DNA of 53,116 nucleotides, filler included, from Barthelona sp. PAP020 (GCA_040182905.1; 2 parts of 2 records of this genome joined end to end with filler, not necessarily neighbours in it), one strand, 5' to 3'. Shown: positions 41,780 through 52,817, counted from the whole stretch's first letter. Program-made: numbers and translations. The notes: generated by a model from the sequence alone, not told the origin.

Positions 41780-42339
41780 AAGGATTTAATGTCATCAAAG
41801 GCTAATATTTGACCTTTTTTGATCTTTTAAGAGCAAAATATCCACTCTTTGTCAATAATTAACCTAATATTATTCATATCTGGACTTTGTGTTTCTTTTA
41901 TAAACCTCTCAGTTCAGGCACTTCAATTTCATCTACCGTCAAACTGCAATAGTTTTTCGTTGCGATTGATAAAGAACAGTACAGAACTATTTGTTCAAAA
42001 GAGCTATATATCTAACTCCAATATTTTGAAATTTTTCTTGATGGTGCAAGATTTTTTTCAATTACTTGTAAAAGCTCAAAAATTTTGAAGTAGTCAATGT
42101 TAGAGGTTCTTATCAAGGAAAAGGAAGGACAGAATATTTCGATCAGGTGAAGAAATCGTCTTGTGCCCTCCTCTCTTTTTAATTTTTCAAAAAGGAGTCA
42201 AAAAAACTTTTCCATTCACAAATTTTCATACAATACAAACAAAAATAAACAAGAATAAATAAAAACTTTACACAAAAAAGCTTCAAAAAAATCAACCTGT
42301 TAAAAATGCACAGGAGCAAAAAATACATCCAATTTAATC

Positions 42340-43803
42340 TTAAAATAAATGATGCCAATCTCTGAAACTCAATTCACCTTCTTCCGGCTTTTCTTCAGGA
42401 TATGGATATGGCTTTGAAGCAATACAATAATCACAACCTGCTAAAACTCGATGTTTGAATTTATGATCAATAATCCAATTGTTTGGTTCAAGTTTTTTCC
42501 AAGGTCGAGCCCTAACAAATTTTGGTATGCTTCTGTGAGTATTGGGTCCAAATTTTTCTTCAAGGTACGGACAAAAACCGCTTTTCACATGAATTTTATA
42601 ATTTGACTTCATCAAACCAATTAACCTATCTGGAATGTTACTTGACCATTGTCCCGAGGTGTAATGCTCAGGATCTTTTCCATGAACAACTGTCCAATTA
42701 CAAGGCTTATCAAAACGAACGGTATCGGTATTTAATACTCTCCACATGTAATCTACATCTTCACAATAACAAATAAAGATGTTTTCGTCAAATGTTCCTG
42801 TTTTTAAATAAGCAGAAAGGGTCAAACCAAATGCAGAAAAAAATGGAGTAGATGCAGGCAAAAAATTGGCATCGAAAATCATTGGTGGTAGGGTATTATC
42901 GATGTTTCGCTTACTTTCAACCCACTTAACAACAGATTCCAAACCCATTGGTAATTGCATCGTATCATCACCCAAAATAATACCCCAATTCTTCAAATCA
43001 GGCTCAATTTGCTGAAACAAAGTATTCCAATTGTGTGATAGTCCACGATTCTCAGGAGAATGCACTATTGTCACACGATCCCCCAATAACTTCTTAATTT
43101 GATAAATTGCACATTCCAAGTCATTTACATTCTCTGTCCAGTAGATAACAATTTTATCCACAGGATAATCAATAGAGAAAACACTTCTTTGTATGTAATA
43201 TGGGTTTAAAATGGTTGGAATACCAATTAAAGGAATAGATGGTTTATCTGGATGTTGAGAAGGATCAATTTTGTACAAAAAATCTTCAGGAGGTTCATAA
43301 AAATAGCCTTTGCTAGAACAACTTTCAAATAATCTATAAAAAGGACACAAATTCATATCTTCAGCCCTCACAATCGGATTTATATCTCCTGGGCAGGAAT
43401 CATCGTAGTAATTCAAAGGAATAGTATCGTAATAAACTAATTCACGTTGTTTTAATTTTGTTCGCTTCAAATGTGGACAACCATATGGTATAAATAAAGA
43501 ACGGTCATTTATAGTATCCATATACCCTTCTCTAGACTGCCATAACTGGGAAAAAATTCCTGTTTCTCCTCCTTTTTTCACTAATTGTTTATTCGAAGGT
43601 AATGACCACGTTTCTTTAACCCTTTGGGCAAATACCTGTTTTATTTCAAGATTTTCAAATGCATTTTTATGAATGGTTTTTTCTAATTTGATTGTGTTCA
43701 AATTTTTGACAAAAAAGAACAAAACCAGTGTCGTAAACAACAGAATTATTATCGAAATTATTTGTTTCTTTTTTGATACCTTGAATCGTTTCAATGGATG
43801 CAT
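42340..43803 (-). CDS. type II membrane GT-A fold glycosyltransferase (GT2-like)
   Basis: N-terminal TM; SIDYPVDKIVI, ENRGLSHNWN, ILGDD, GTFDENIFICYCEDVDY..R. Confidence 0.75.
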   Translation of the reverse strand: MHPLKRFKVSKKKQIISIIILLFTTLVLFFFVKNLNTIKLEKTIHKNAFENLEIKQVFAQRVKETWSLPSNKQLVKKGGETGIFSQLWQSREGYMDTINDRSLFIPYGCPHLKRTKLKQRELVYYDTIPLNYYDDSCPGDINPIVRAEDMNLCPFYRLFESCSSKGYFYEPPEDFLYKIDPSQHPDKPSIPLIGIPTILNPYYIQRSVFSIDYPVDKIVIYWTENVNDLECAIYQIKKLLGDRVTIVHSPENRGLSHNWNTLFQQIEPDLKNWGIILGDDTMQLPMGLESVVKWVESKRNIDNTLPPMIFDANFLPASTPFFSAFGLTLSAYLKTGTFDENIFICYCEDVDYMWRVLNTDTVRFDKPCNWTVVHGKDPEHYTSGQWSSNIPDRLIGLMKSNYKIHVKSGFCPYLEEKFGPNTHRSIPKFVRARPWKKLEPNNWIIDHKFKHRVLAGCDYCIASKPYPYPEEKPEEGELSFRDWHHLF

Positions 43804-44590
43804 ATAAAGTGAACAACTAAAAATTATAAAAATGGAAAGTTATTTCCAGAACTTTATTTTCATCAAACGCATCTTCTTCTATCTTTAAGGTAAAAAGCAA
43901 GATGAGAAGAAAAGATTATTGATTTAATAATATTGAACCCTTCATGTTAATGAAGATACACGTTTATAATTACATTAAACCAAACAGGATGAGAGAACAG
44001 AATCAAACTATAAAAGTTGAAAATATTGTATCAAATTGGAAATTGCTGAATACTTTCTTTAATTTTTCTTGCATGTTTTTGGACTTTACAATATTTTATA
44101 GCACCTCTCCGTTGCTTTATAGATGATAGAACTATGTCTTGGTCACCAACTTAAAAAAATAACAGCTATTTCACATACCATTCCAAAGGAGAAAGCTGTA
44201 CTGGGAAAAAATGAGAAATATTCCGTTGATAATTGTTCAAAAAGCTAAACAGGTTTAAAATTGCTGAAATATGCCTCCTTCAAGCAAATGTCTGGATGGT
44301 TGCCTTCAAGGTTAAAAGTATGGGGAAAGTTGTTCAAATAATCTATTTAACTGGGTTTTGCTGTAATAGCATGTTCTAATTGGGCTGTTACACAGTTTGC
44401 AGTTTGTTTAACTGCACTAAAAAACAAGAGGAGACCTTGCTGTTCCACTGTTTCAAAATCATTCCAAATTTTATTTGAATTGCAAAAGATCAAAAATTTG
44501 AAATATAAAATAGTAAAGCGAGATATTAAATTAAACAAAGAAGAATGATTTCATTTCATTTTTCTCAAATTTTTTTTTAATCGATCTTTT

Positions 44591-45091
44591 ATGTATTTAG
44601 TTGATATTGTAACTAAAGATAATATTGTTAATTTTAAATCCAACCTTTTGAAACATAGTTGGATTCATTTGATTGTTAGAATTGAAATAATTATTCAAAT
44701 GATTTTTTCATTGATTCAATTCAGTTTTTCTATTTCTCAATATGAAGATTGGGATAATTCTGGTGGAGTTCTTCGAATTTGTTCTTCTTCTTTATCAATA
44801 ATTAGCTGTTTTTTTCTGGTACAAATTTTATATAAAAATGTTGAATGGCAAAAAACTTTACTAATTGGTCTGATGGGTATTGCTTCATTGTTTCAAATAT
44901 TTGCTATTTTTGCTGATTTTAGTGAGTTTTCCATATTTGAAAATTATTTGTCAAATTATGGACAACAGCCAAATTTTCGGTTTTATTTAACGGAGTTCTT
45001 TGATGTTGTCAATTTTTTCGCTTTTGTAATTTCTCTTGTTTTGTCCATTTTGCTTTGGAAAGATGAAGAATTTTTGAAGAGAGAAGAATAG
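44591..45091 (+). CDS. hypothetical multi-pass (about 4 TM) membrane protein
   Basis: 166-aa ATG ORF with four hydrophobic segments. Confidence 0.6.
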   Translation: MYLVDIVTKDNIVNFKSNLLKHSWIHLIVRIEIIIQMIFSLIQFSFSISQYEDWDNSGGVLRICSSSLSIISCFFLVQILYKNVEWQKTLLIGLMGIASLFQIFAIFADFSEFSIFENYLSNYGQQPNFRFYLTEFFDVVNFFAFVISLVLSILLWKDEEFLKREE

Positions 45092-45156
45092 TTGTGTAAA
45101 TATATGATTTTTTTTTGCCTACATTTCATGTTTTTCAAAAAAAAAAAAAATTCATT

Positions 45157-46701
45157 CTACAATTGTGGTACATTTATGTTAAAGCTTTTTTGATTCAATG
45201 TGGTACTTATATTATAAGAACCAACTCCTGGTGTTGAAGATTTATCTTTAAACGTGACTCTTGCAGTGGTGCCACCTAAAACATTATATCTGCTATTTCT
45301 ATGCTTATTAATGGATTTCCAATCTGTTTCAAGATTGTAAGAACCTGGAGCAGGAATATCATTATACTTTGTTTGTTTTTTTGCTTTAGGTATCCGATAT
45401 TGTTTATGTGAAGAAAAAGCACGAATATCTCCAATACTTTTTGGTGAATAGGTACCAACAGCAGGTATTTTGTCTCCTTTCTTTATCAATTTACGTTCCG
45501 TTGCCAAAAATGAAGCTGATGGCTGATTCTCCCTGAATATCGTCACAGGCGCTTTTTTAGAGTCATAACCAATCATTTGATTGGAATTTTTATCCTTCAA
45601 ATTCATGACTTCTCTTGAAGTCTGTGTTCCAAACGGTATGTTTTCCTTTGGCTGCGGTCTTTGAGGCACTTTTGGACCAACGTAGTCATAAGAACCAGGC
45701 CCAGGCATATGATTGTCCAAATTGATAAATCTCTGTTGTGTCTTCATTTGAACAACATGCCGCTCGTTATTGTTCTGATGACTGTAACTACCAGGCCCTG
45801 GAACAACAGATCTTTTGATCATACTATCAGATAAACCCCTTGATGAAGTGACAGAGAAAGAAGAATTTGAGGAAACCAAGTTTTTCTTTTTACTACCTAT
45901 ATTATCAGTGATATGATATGCACCCACTCCTGGAGTTGTTGTGTTCCCAAGGAAGTTCGATCTCTTTTCATTTGTCACCATTGACGCTGATCCTCTGAAT
46001 TTTCGAAAGATAGTCTTCACACTGGCATCTTTCAACCACTGAATCTCCTGTTTGTTACGGAAATAATCACCAGGACCTGGTTGAATAAACTTTGGTTTAG
46101 GAAAGCGGTTCGTTTTGCTGTTTTCCCATGAAGGTCCGTTGTTGTTTTCAAATGAGGACTTTGGGGAATATGAAGTTGGTCCTGGAAGGTCATCTTTTGG
46201 TAGCATATTATTTGGCAATTTTTGAGGATACAACATGCCATCATCAGCTTCAATATATCCAAAATTTTGTCGGGGATTGGGAATTGAAGGTGCAGAAGAA
46301 ATCTGAATTTTCTTTGTGGTAGGAGGCGATTTTATTTGCTTAAAATAACCTGATTTGATCCAATTAGGTCTCAATGAATAATTACCAGGTCCAGGAACAT
46401 CGTTTTGAGCCGATTGAATACCTTCTAAAAATCGTTTTGTTTTGGTAAATGAATTCCAACTTGTTTTTGTCTTATTCATCTTATAATCTTTTTCGTCACC
46501 TATTTTTTGATAAGAAGTTGGTCCAGGTGTAATATCAGATTCAGTAATGGCAAAAGTATTTCGTTGACTAACAGTACTAAATGGTGCTTTACCTCGGGTT
46601 CCAGATTTAAAAACATCAATATTATAAGAACCAGGTGCTACATTGCCATCAGTACTTGAATCAAAATGGTTAATTAAACGACTGGCTTTTCCAATGATCA
46701 T
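45157..46701 (-). CDS. STPG2: SHIPPO/PG-rich repeat axonemal protein (STPG2-like)
   Basis: About 11 P-G-P/V-G/T-x-Y-type repeats; SAPSIP...FGYIEADDG. Confidence 0.8.
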   Translation of the reverse strand: MIIGKASRLINHFDSSTDGNVAPGSYNIDVFKSGTRGKAPFSTVSQRNTFAITESDITPGPTSYQKIGDEKDYKMNKTKTSWNSFTKTKRFLEGIQSAQNDVPGPGNYSLRPNWIKSGYFKQIKSPPTTKKIQISSAPSIPNPRQNFGYIEADDGMLYPQKLPNNMLPKDDLPGPTSYSPKSSFENNNGPSWENSKTNRFPKPKFIQPGPGDYFRNKQEIQWLKDASVKTIFRKFRGSASMVTNEKRSNFLGNTTTPGVGAYHITDNIGSKKKNLVSSNSSFSVTSSRGLSDSMIKRSVVPGPGSYSHQNNNERHVVQMKTQQRFINLDNHMPGPGSYDYVGPKVPQRPQPKENIPFGTQTSREVMNLKDKNSNQMIGYDSKKAPVTIFRENQPSASFLATERKLIKKGDKIPAVGTYSPKSIGDIRAFSSHKQYRIPKAKKQTKYNDIPAPGSYNLETDWKSINKHRNSRYNVLGGTTARVTFKDKSSTPGVGSYNISTTLNQKSFNINVPQL

Positions 46702-47055
46702 TTCCTTTTATCTAGTCGATCTCTCTCAATACAAACGATAAATCTTTTCAAAGGAATTTCAAATACTCAAAAAGAAATGAAAAAAAAAATGAATGCTAAA
46801 TTTCCTGTTCTTTTGTTCCCTTTCTTTAAAAGCAAGTTAAAAATACATCATACACAAGAAAAATATGACAAAAACTATGCCTTATGCAAAAAACTGAGTC
46901 TTTGAATCAAGATATTAAAAAACAAAATATTTAACATATTTTTATTGTACAATAATTAAAAAAAGACTAAAAATAAACAAATCAATAAAAGCAGAAAATG
47001 AAATTGAAAATTGAAAAAATTTTCTTTTGTTTAACATTTTCATTATTTCATGGAC

Positions 47056-48138
47056 TTATTGATATGGTGAACTGGGTTGATGAACAATTTTTCCTCGACC
47101 ATGACCAGAAACAAAAGCTGCAGGATAAATTGGCAAAAAACTTTGAAATTTCAAAAAATTGTTGTTTCTTATTGTTGCCTCATGAGTGTCATGATATTTT
47201 TCCACATTAGGTTTCGTTGCCACAGGAGCAACCCTAAACCACTCATGATTTAGGGCCTCAGCAGCTGAAGGACGACTATTTGGATTTAATTCCAACAATT
47301 TGCAAACAAGATCAACAGCTAAACTGTTACCAACCTTATTTATGGCATTTTCTCTTAAACGCTTATTACTGTCAAGGCAATAATCATGAATTTTGCTCAA
47401 AATCTCTAATTCAGATTTACCCTCAAAAATATCATCATCAAAGATCATACCTGCTAAAATAACACCAACGGACCAAATATCAACCTTTTCAGTGTATTTC
47501 TGGTTGTTGAAAATTTCAGGAGCGCGATATGCAGCAGTGACACAATTTGGAGTCATATCAGACACACCATTATTTGTATCCCTATTAAAAGCTCTAGCAA
47601 GACTAAAATCAGCAAGTTTAATCCCACCATCATTCAAAATCAACACATTGGATGGCTTAATATCTCTATGTACGATATTTTGTGAATGCAAAAAGATTAA
47701 AGCTTCGAGGATCTTTTGAACAATATACTTTGAAACTGCTTCTGAACCAAGGGGGTTACCCCTGATTTGTGATAAATGACTCAAACCATATAAATCATGG
47801 GGACAATATTCAATAACAACAAAAATGTCATAAAAATTTGGATTCACAGTTTCATTCACAAAAAAATCAATAAATTCAACAATATTATCATGTTTTAAGT
47901 ATTGTAGAATATTCATTTCGCGTATAGTTCCCATCAAATGTGAATCAAGGTTACAGAAATCAACTTTGGAAAATTTTTTAATGGCGACAAGCTTTGAATC
48001 GCTTTTCCTTTTTCCTTTGAACACAGTACCATAACTACCTTTACCAATTACTTCACGTAATTCATAATGATCATGTAAACTGATATTTAATATATTATTA
48101 AAATTTGGAATAAACTTTTGTATATTGGGTAATTTCAT
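47056..48138 (-). CDS. CMGC Ser/Thr kinase, CDK-like (CDK9/12-type features)
   Basis: GKGSYG, VAIKK, GTIRE, HDLYGL, HRDIKPSN, DFSLAR, VTAAYRAPE, DIWSVG. Confidence 0.88.
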   Translation of the reverse strand: MKLPNIQKFIPNFNNILNISLHDHYELREVIGKGSYGTVFKGKRKSDSKLVAIKKFSKVDFCNLDSHLMGTIREMNILQYLKHDNIVEFIDFFVNETVNPNFYDIFVVIEYCPHDLYGLSHLSQIRGNPLGSEAVSKYIVQKILEALIFLHSQNIVHRDIKPSNVLILNDGGIKLADFSLARAFNRDTNNGVSDMTPNCVTAAYRAPEIFNNQKYTEKVDIWSVGVILAGMIFDDDIFEGKSELEILSKIHDYCLDSNKRLRENAINKVGNSLAVDLVCKLLELNPNSRPSAAEALNHEWFRVAPVATKPNVEKYHDTHEATIRNNNFLKFQSFLPIYPAAFVSGHGRGKIVHQPSSPYQ

Positions 48139-48900
48139 CGATGATGTAAATTATTAAAATTATTATTATTCATCAGAATGACTAAAATATTATATTAAAA
48201 GCTATAAAGCAAGAAGCAAAAGCTAACACAATTTACGAATATATTCCCAATTTTTTTCTTTATTCATCTCACACAACATTCCTATTTTTAACAATGCATT
48301 CGTATTTTTATACATTTGCTGTGTTCAAAAATAAATAATTTGAAATAATTAAAATACCTTTCTTCAATCTCTTTCAAACCTCAAGATGTAAAGTTATTTA
48401 ACCAAAAAATGTTCATCTTTCATTTATTCTTGATTCAGAAATAAAACAGGTGACTTGACGAAGTGATTTTCAAAAAAAATAAGCAAACTAAAATTTTCAT
48501 TGGTATTGATTTACTATTAGACATTTTAAAGCACTATAATAGGATTTTCAATTGCTCAATCATAAAAGAAATTGAAAGAATTTCAAGTAAAGAATTAGAA
48601 AAGCACAGTTTTTTTCTTTAATTATGATTGTTAAATGCTTCAAATAAAGAAAAAACACATTAAATATTTCATATATTGTCATTTGAAAGCTATTGAAAGA
48701 AAGTTCTTTGTTTTCAAAAAACTTGCCATCAATATAAACATTTACTTAACATTTATGATAAAAATTGTAAAAATTGACATATTTGTTGATAAAATGAAAA
48801 AAACATATTGTAACCACACCTTAAAGATATTCAAGTCTACACAATTTTTAATTCTTTTTTGTGTTCCAATGTTTTAAATCTATTACTATTGGTCAATTAC

Positions 48901-51900
48901 ATGGATATAGTATTTAAGAACACGAATATTCGTAATCAAATCAAGTTATCACATTCTTTTGAATTAACTTTTATCAATGGTCCCAGAGCTGGTGAAAGTT
49001 TGGATATATCTGAATCGAAAATTGTTGTTGGAAGAGGTGCACGAAGAGATTTATTTGTGAATGACGCCAATATGTCCCGTAAGCATTTTCGTTTGGTTAA
49101 AAACAAAGAATCTGTAAAAATTATTGATTGTAACTCAAGAAATGGTACTTTGGTGAATGGTGTGAAAATAACCAATAAATTATTGGATGATGGGGATTCA
49201 ATTTTGGCAGGTTCAACCAAATTTCGATTTAGCATTTATCAGCAATTAGAGTCTTCTGTTACTTCACCTGTTAAAAACAAAAACAATACTTTGAATGGGG
49301 GTCTTACCAATTCTGATACTGGATTGAATTTATTCATAATCAATGAAGAGCAAAACACAGGAATAGAAAACACTGACAATAAGAAAGTGTATAAATCGCC
49401 AATTAGAAGTCCAAAGACGGCAACTGTAACACCAAAAATGAATAGAAATGCTGAAATGACTTCATCTCTGCATGTCAATTCATCAATACAAACTGCAAAA
49501 CTTGACAAAAGCATGTGCTTTGATGATAATGATCAGCATTCTCATTCAACTGTTGCCATTAATGAAAATTGCAAAATGAATAATGAGGAATCAATTCGTA
49601 TATCTCAAACAATTACCACGTTGAAGATTTCAGAAGTCTTAATGGGTGCCTCTACCCTTACAGAAGCTGGAAGAAGAATGCTTCAGTTAGTACATGATTC
49701 TTTTGAATCTACTGCGGTATGTAGTTATGTCTTTGTATATTCTTCTTTAGTTGATCAAAATAACGGTATTTCTGATTCAATTACTGGATTATCTTGCATT
49801 GGGTCCATTGGTGTGGATTTTGTCAGTTCTGAACTGTCAGTAGATGATCGTAGATTGTCGATACCCATTCCTGCGGATGAAACACCTTTGTTAAGACAAA
49901 TGGATTCGATCGATGAAATAGATTATCAAGATTTTGAGTCTGAAAATGAAGAATTTCACAATCTACATAGTTTGTATCGATATCTGCCTAAAGAGTTCAT
50001 ATCTCATTCTTTGGACAGTCAACAGTTGATGTTATTGGTGCCAAATCGCAGTATCCCGATAAATTCCAAGGATTTATATGATTCGTTGGAATCCCTGGAT
50101 GAAACAAAAAAAAAGCTCAGCGATTCGACAGAAAGAAAACGCCACGATTTTCAAACCATTGAATTGGAGAGCAGTTTCAAGAATTTTAAAGAGTTGGAAA
50201 ATCTTGAATTAGAGGATGAAATGGAGATCAGTATTGATGAGAATTTTGAGCAAATATTGTTGGATTCAAGTAAAGTGTCCAGTGATGATTTTACTCGATT
50301 TGATCCTTCTCAAACAATGAATAATGAAACGTTAACGTTTCAACAATTTGGTTCTGATCCATCTTTATTGGGCTTAGGTCTAGGAAAGAATCCTTCTGAT
50401 AGCTTCTTAGTAATTGATTCTTCGGATGAATTGGAGGAGACAGATCATGTTTATTCATTAAGAAACCATTTTGATAATGAGAATAACAATATTGACCTTC
50501 CTTGTGCTATTTTTAGGTATAATGGAAGTAAACCTTTTGTTTTGTTACCTATCAAGGGTTATAGGCCCGGGAATTATGATGTTAATTCAGACAACGAGAT
50601 TTTTGGTATTATTGTAGTTCAAACAAGTTGTGATGTTTTTTCTCCCATGCTCATAGCGCATTTACAACAGATTTCAACTCTTGGGAGTGTTGTTATGAAG
50701 TCTTTACTGTTAGCTTCTCAAGTTGCCTCTGATCGTTTATTAAAAGCCAGTTTAGCTAATTATTTACCAAGACCCTTATTAAGAAGATTGAGAAATGAGG
50801 ATATGAAGAATTTGTCTGCAAATGCAGGGACTCCCACAACATCAAATGGTAAAAACAATGAATTTTCCGAAACTAATGGAATAAAGAAAGGCACTTCTGT
50901 TGCATCAGCTTTAAGAGGTTATGAAGCAGATGCAAGTGTATTTTTTGTGGATTTATGTGGGTTCACTAGAATTTCAGAGAATCTGTCATCATCTAATCAT
51001 ATTGTTGATCTGGTAAATACCTTTTTCTCTACTGTAGTTCCAAGTGTTTACCAATATGGAGGATGTGTTGACAAATTCTTGGGAGATGGAGTCATGGGAT
51101 TCTATCTGTATGACAATGATGCCAATATTTTAAGTCCAGATAAAGCTGCACAATATGCAGTGCTCTCATGTATGTCTATGCTTACAGCTATGTGTAAATT
51201 GAGATATGATTTGCCACAATGGATGATTGAAGAAGAACCGATGATCAATATGTTCTGTTCAATAGGTGTATGTAGTGGTAAAATTGTCACTGGTTCTGTT
51301 GGGTCTGTTTTGCATAATCGATTAGATTTCACTTTGCTAGGTGATACTGTTAATACTGCTAGTAGAATAGAAGGAATAACCCCAAAGAATTCTTTGTGTA
51401 TCAGTTATAAAACTTTCGATTTGATATATGAAGAACGTTTGAGGAATATCTTTGCTTTCAAGAATAAAGGAATTATTTTGAAGAACAAAAGAGAACCTCA
51501 CGTTATCTATACTGTTATTGCTATAAGAGATGAGGGTGTAGATGAGTGGTTATTAAATTTGGGGATCTATTGGGAATATCAGGGAAAGAGAATAGATGCT
51601 ACGTTGGTAAGAAGGTTTGTACAAAATGAATGTTATGAAAATGATGATGAAGCTGAATATATTATTCATGAGAATCAAATCAAGAATGCTAGCTCTTTTC
51701 ACAGATTAGCTAGAAAAGAAGAAAAAGTTCGGACACAGATTCAATATCTTATGCTATTACCAAACGATTTTATTAATTCACAAAATTTGAGAGATGACTT
51801 GGCAATTTCTGATGTCTTTGCCAATATTCCTTCACTTAAACAGGACATTCATTTGGGAAGAATGGAAATTAATCAATTTTATGATTCTAAAAATGTTAGC

Positions 51901-52011
51901 AAATTTTCCAAAATTAACGTGGAATTTGAAATAGATCCTCTATATTCTATTTTTGCTGATGGTACTATAAGAGACGCAGAAGTTGATCCCATTACAATTG
52001 GTAGGAGTTAG
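48901..52011 (+). CDS. FHA - GAF(split) - class III adenylate cyclase
   Basis: FHA motifs VGR/SRKH/SRNGT; FVDLCGFT, DKFLGDGVM, LDFTLLGDTVNTASRIEG. First ATG at 48901. Confidence 0.9.
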   Translation: MDIVFKNTNIRNQIKLSHSFELTFINGPRAGESLDISESKIVVGRGARRDLFVNDANMSRKHFRLVKNKESVKIIDCNSRNGTLVNGVKITNKLLDDGDSILAGSTKFRFSIYQQLESSVTSPVKNKNNTLNGGLTNSDTGLNLFIINEEQNTGIENTDNKKVYKSPIRSPKTATVTPKMNRNAEMTSSLHVNSSIQTAKLDKSMCFDDNDQHSHSTVAINENCKMNNEESIRISQTITTLKISEVLMGASTLTEAGRRMLQLVHDSFESTAVCSYVFVYSSLVDQNNGISDSITGLSCIGSIGVDFVSSELSVDDRRLSIPIPADETPLLRQMDSIDEIDYQDFESENEEFHNLHSLYRYLPKEFISHSLDSQQLMLLVPNRSIPINSKDLYDSLESLDETKKKLSDSTERKRHDFQTIELESSFKNFKELENLELEDEMEISIDENFEQILLDSSKVSSDDFTRFDPSQTMNNETLTFQQFGSDPSLLGLGLGKNPSDSFLVIDSSDELEETDHVYSLRNHFDNENNNIDLPCAIFRYNGSKPFVLLPIKGYRPGNYDVNSDNEIFGIIVVQTSCDVFSPMLIAHLQQISTLGSVVMKSLLLASQVASDRLLKASLANYLPRPLLRRLRNEDMKNLSANAGTPTTSNGKNNEFSETNGIKKGTSVASALRGYEADASVFFVDLCGFTRISENLSSSNHIVDLVNTFFSTVVPSVYQYGGCVDKFLGDGVMGFYLYDNDANILSPDKAAQYAVLSCMSMLTAMCKLRYDLPQWMIEEEPMINMFCSIGVCSGKIVTGSVGSVLHNRLDFTLLGDTVNTASRIEGITPKNSLCISYKTFDLIYEERLRNIFAFKNKGIILKNKREPHVIYTVIAIRDEGVDEWLLNLGIYWEYQGKRIDATLVRRFVQNECYENDDEAEYIIHENQIKNASSFHRLARKEEKVRTQIQYLMLLPNDFINSQNLRDDLAISDVFANIPSLKQDIHLGRMEINQFYDSKNVSKFSKINVEFEIDPLYSIFADGTIRDAEVDPITIGRS

Positions 52012-52214
52012 GAGTTAATTCGTATCTTTTATTTTACTAGGCCTAAGGCTAAACCCGTTTAATTTAGTTGATGAAAGTGTACCAAAGTGAAACTATAATT
52101 TTAATTGGAATAAATGGAATTCTTTTGACTTCTTCTTTTATTTTTTTGTTCCGTATAGTCATATGTGAAAAAAAAAAAAAGAAGTGAGAATTTTTTTTTA
52201 TTGATGAACTCATT

Positions 52215-52817
52215 CTAACATTTGCGTATCACCGCTTGACAAACGAAGGATTGACCAGAGTGACCCTTGCCTTCCTGAAGTTCTATACCAACTTCCTCAC
52301 ACAATAAAATATCAAAGCTTGCAAAGTTACTTCTCAATTCTTCATCACTGATCAATAAATCATGCGATTTAGGTCCACCATGTAAACCCAATTCTAAATG
52401 CTTAGAAATATAACCTTGATTTACATATAAACCATCAACAGTTAATATTCGTTTAATTTTATCATAAAAAGGAATCCTAAAAGAAGATGGTAAATGACAA
52501 AAGATATTAAGAACAATGTTGAAAGAATTGGGCTCAAAATCGTAAGTGCATATATCAGCACAAATAGAATTAATCGTTACATTCATTTCTTTAGCTAGCT
52601 TTTCTGTTTTATTCAAACCAACAATAGATATATCAATGCAAGTAACATCATGTCCTAAAGTAGCCAAATAAACAGCATTACGTCCTTCACCAGATCCTAA
52701 ACATAATATTTTACTATTAGGGGTAAATGTTTTACTTTGATTAAAAACAAATAATGAAGGTTGAAGTCCATAAACATATTCATCTGTGTCATATTTTTGG
52801 TTCCATTTATTTTCCAT
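52215..52817 (-). CDS. class I SAM-dependent methyltransferase (bacterial TehB-like)
   Basis: WNQKY....YVYGLQP, ILCLGSGEGRNAVYLA, DIS..GL, IFCHLP, GGP, EGKGHSG. ATG at 52817. Confidence 0.88.
   Translation of the reverse strand: MENKWNQKYDTDEYVYGLQPSLFVFNQSKTFTPNSKILCLGSGEGRNAVYLATLGHDVTCIDISIVGLNKTEKLAKEMNVTINSICADICTYDFEPNSFNIVLNIFCHLPSSFRIPFYDKIKRILTVDGLYVNQGYISKHLELGLHGGPKSHDLLISDEELRSNFASFDILLCEEVGIELQEGKGHSGQSFVCQAVIRKC

Noticed and set aside
44170..44540. Frameshifted or readthrough protein gene in the GT2 - membrane protein gap
   Set aside because: Multiple stops in the frames examined and no recognisable protein motif.
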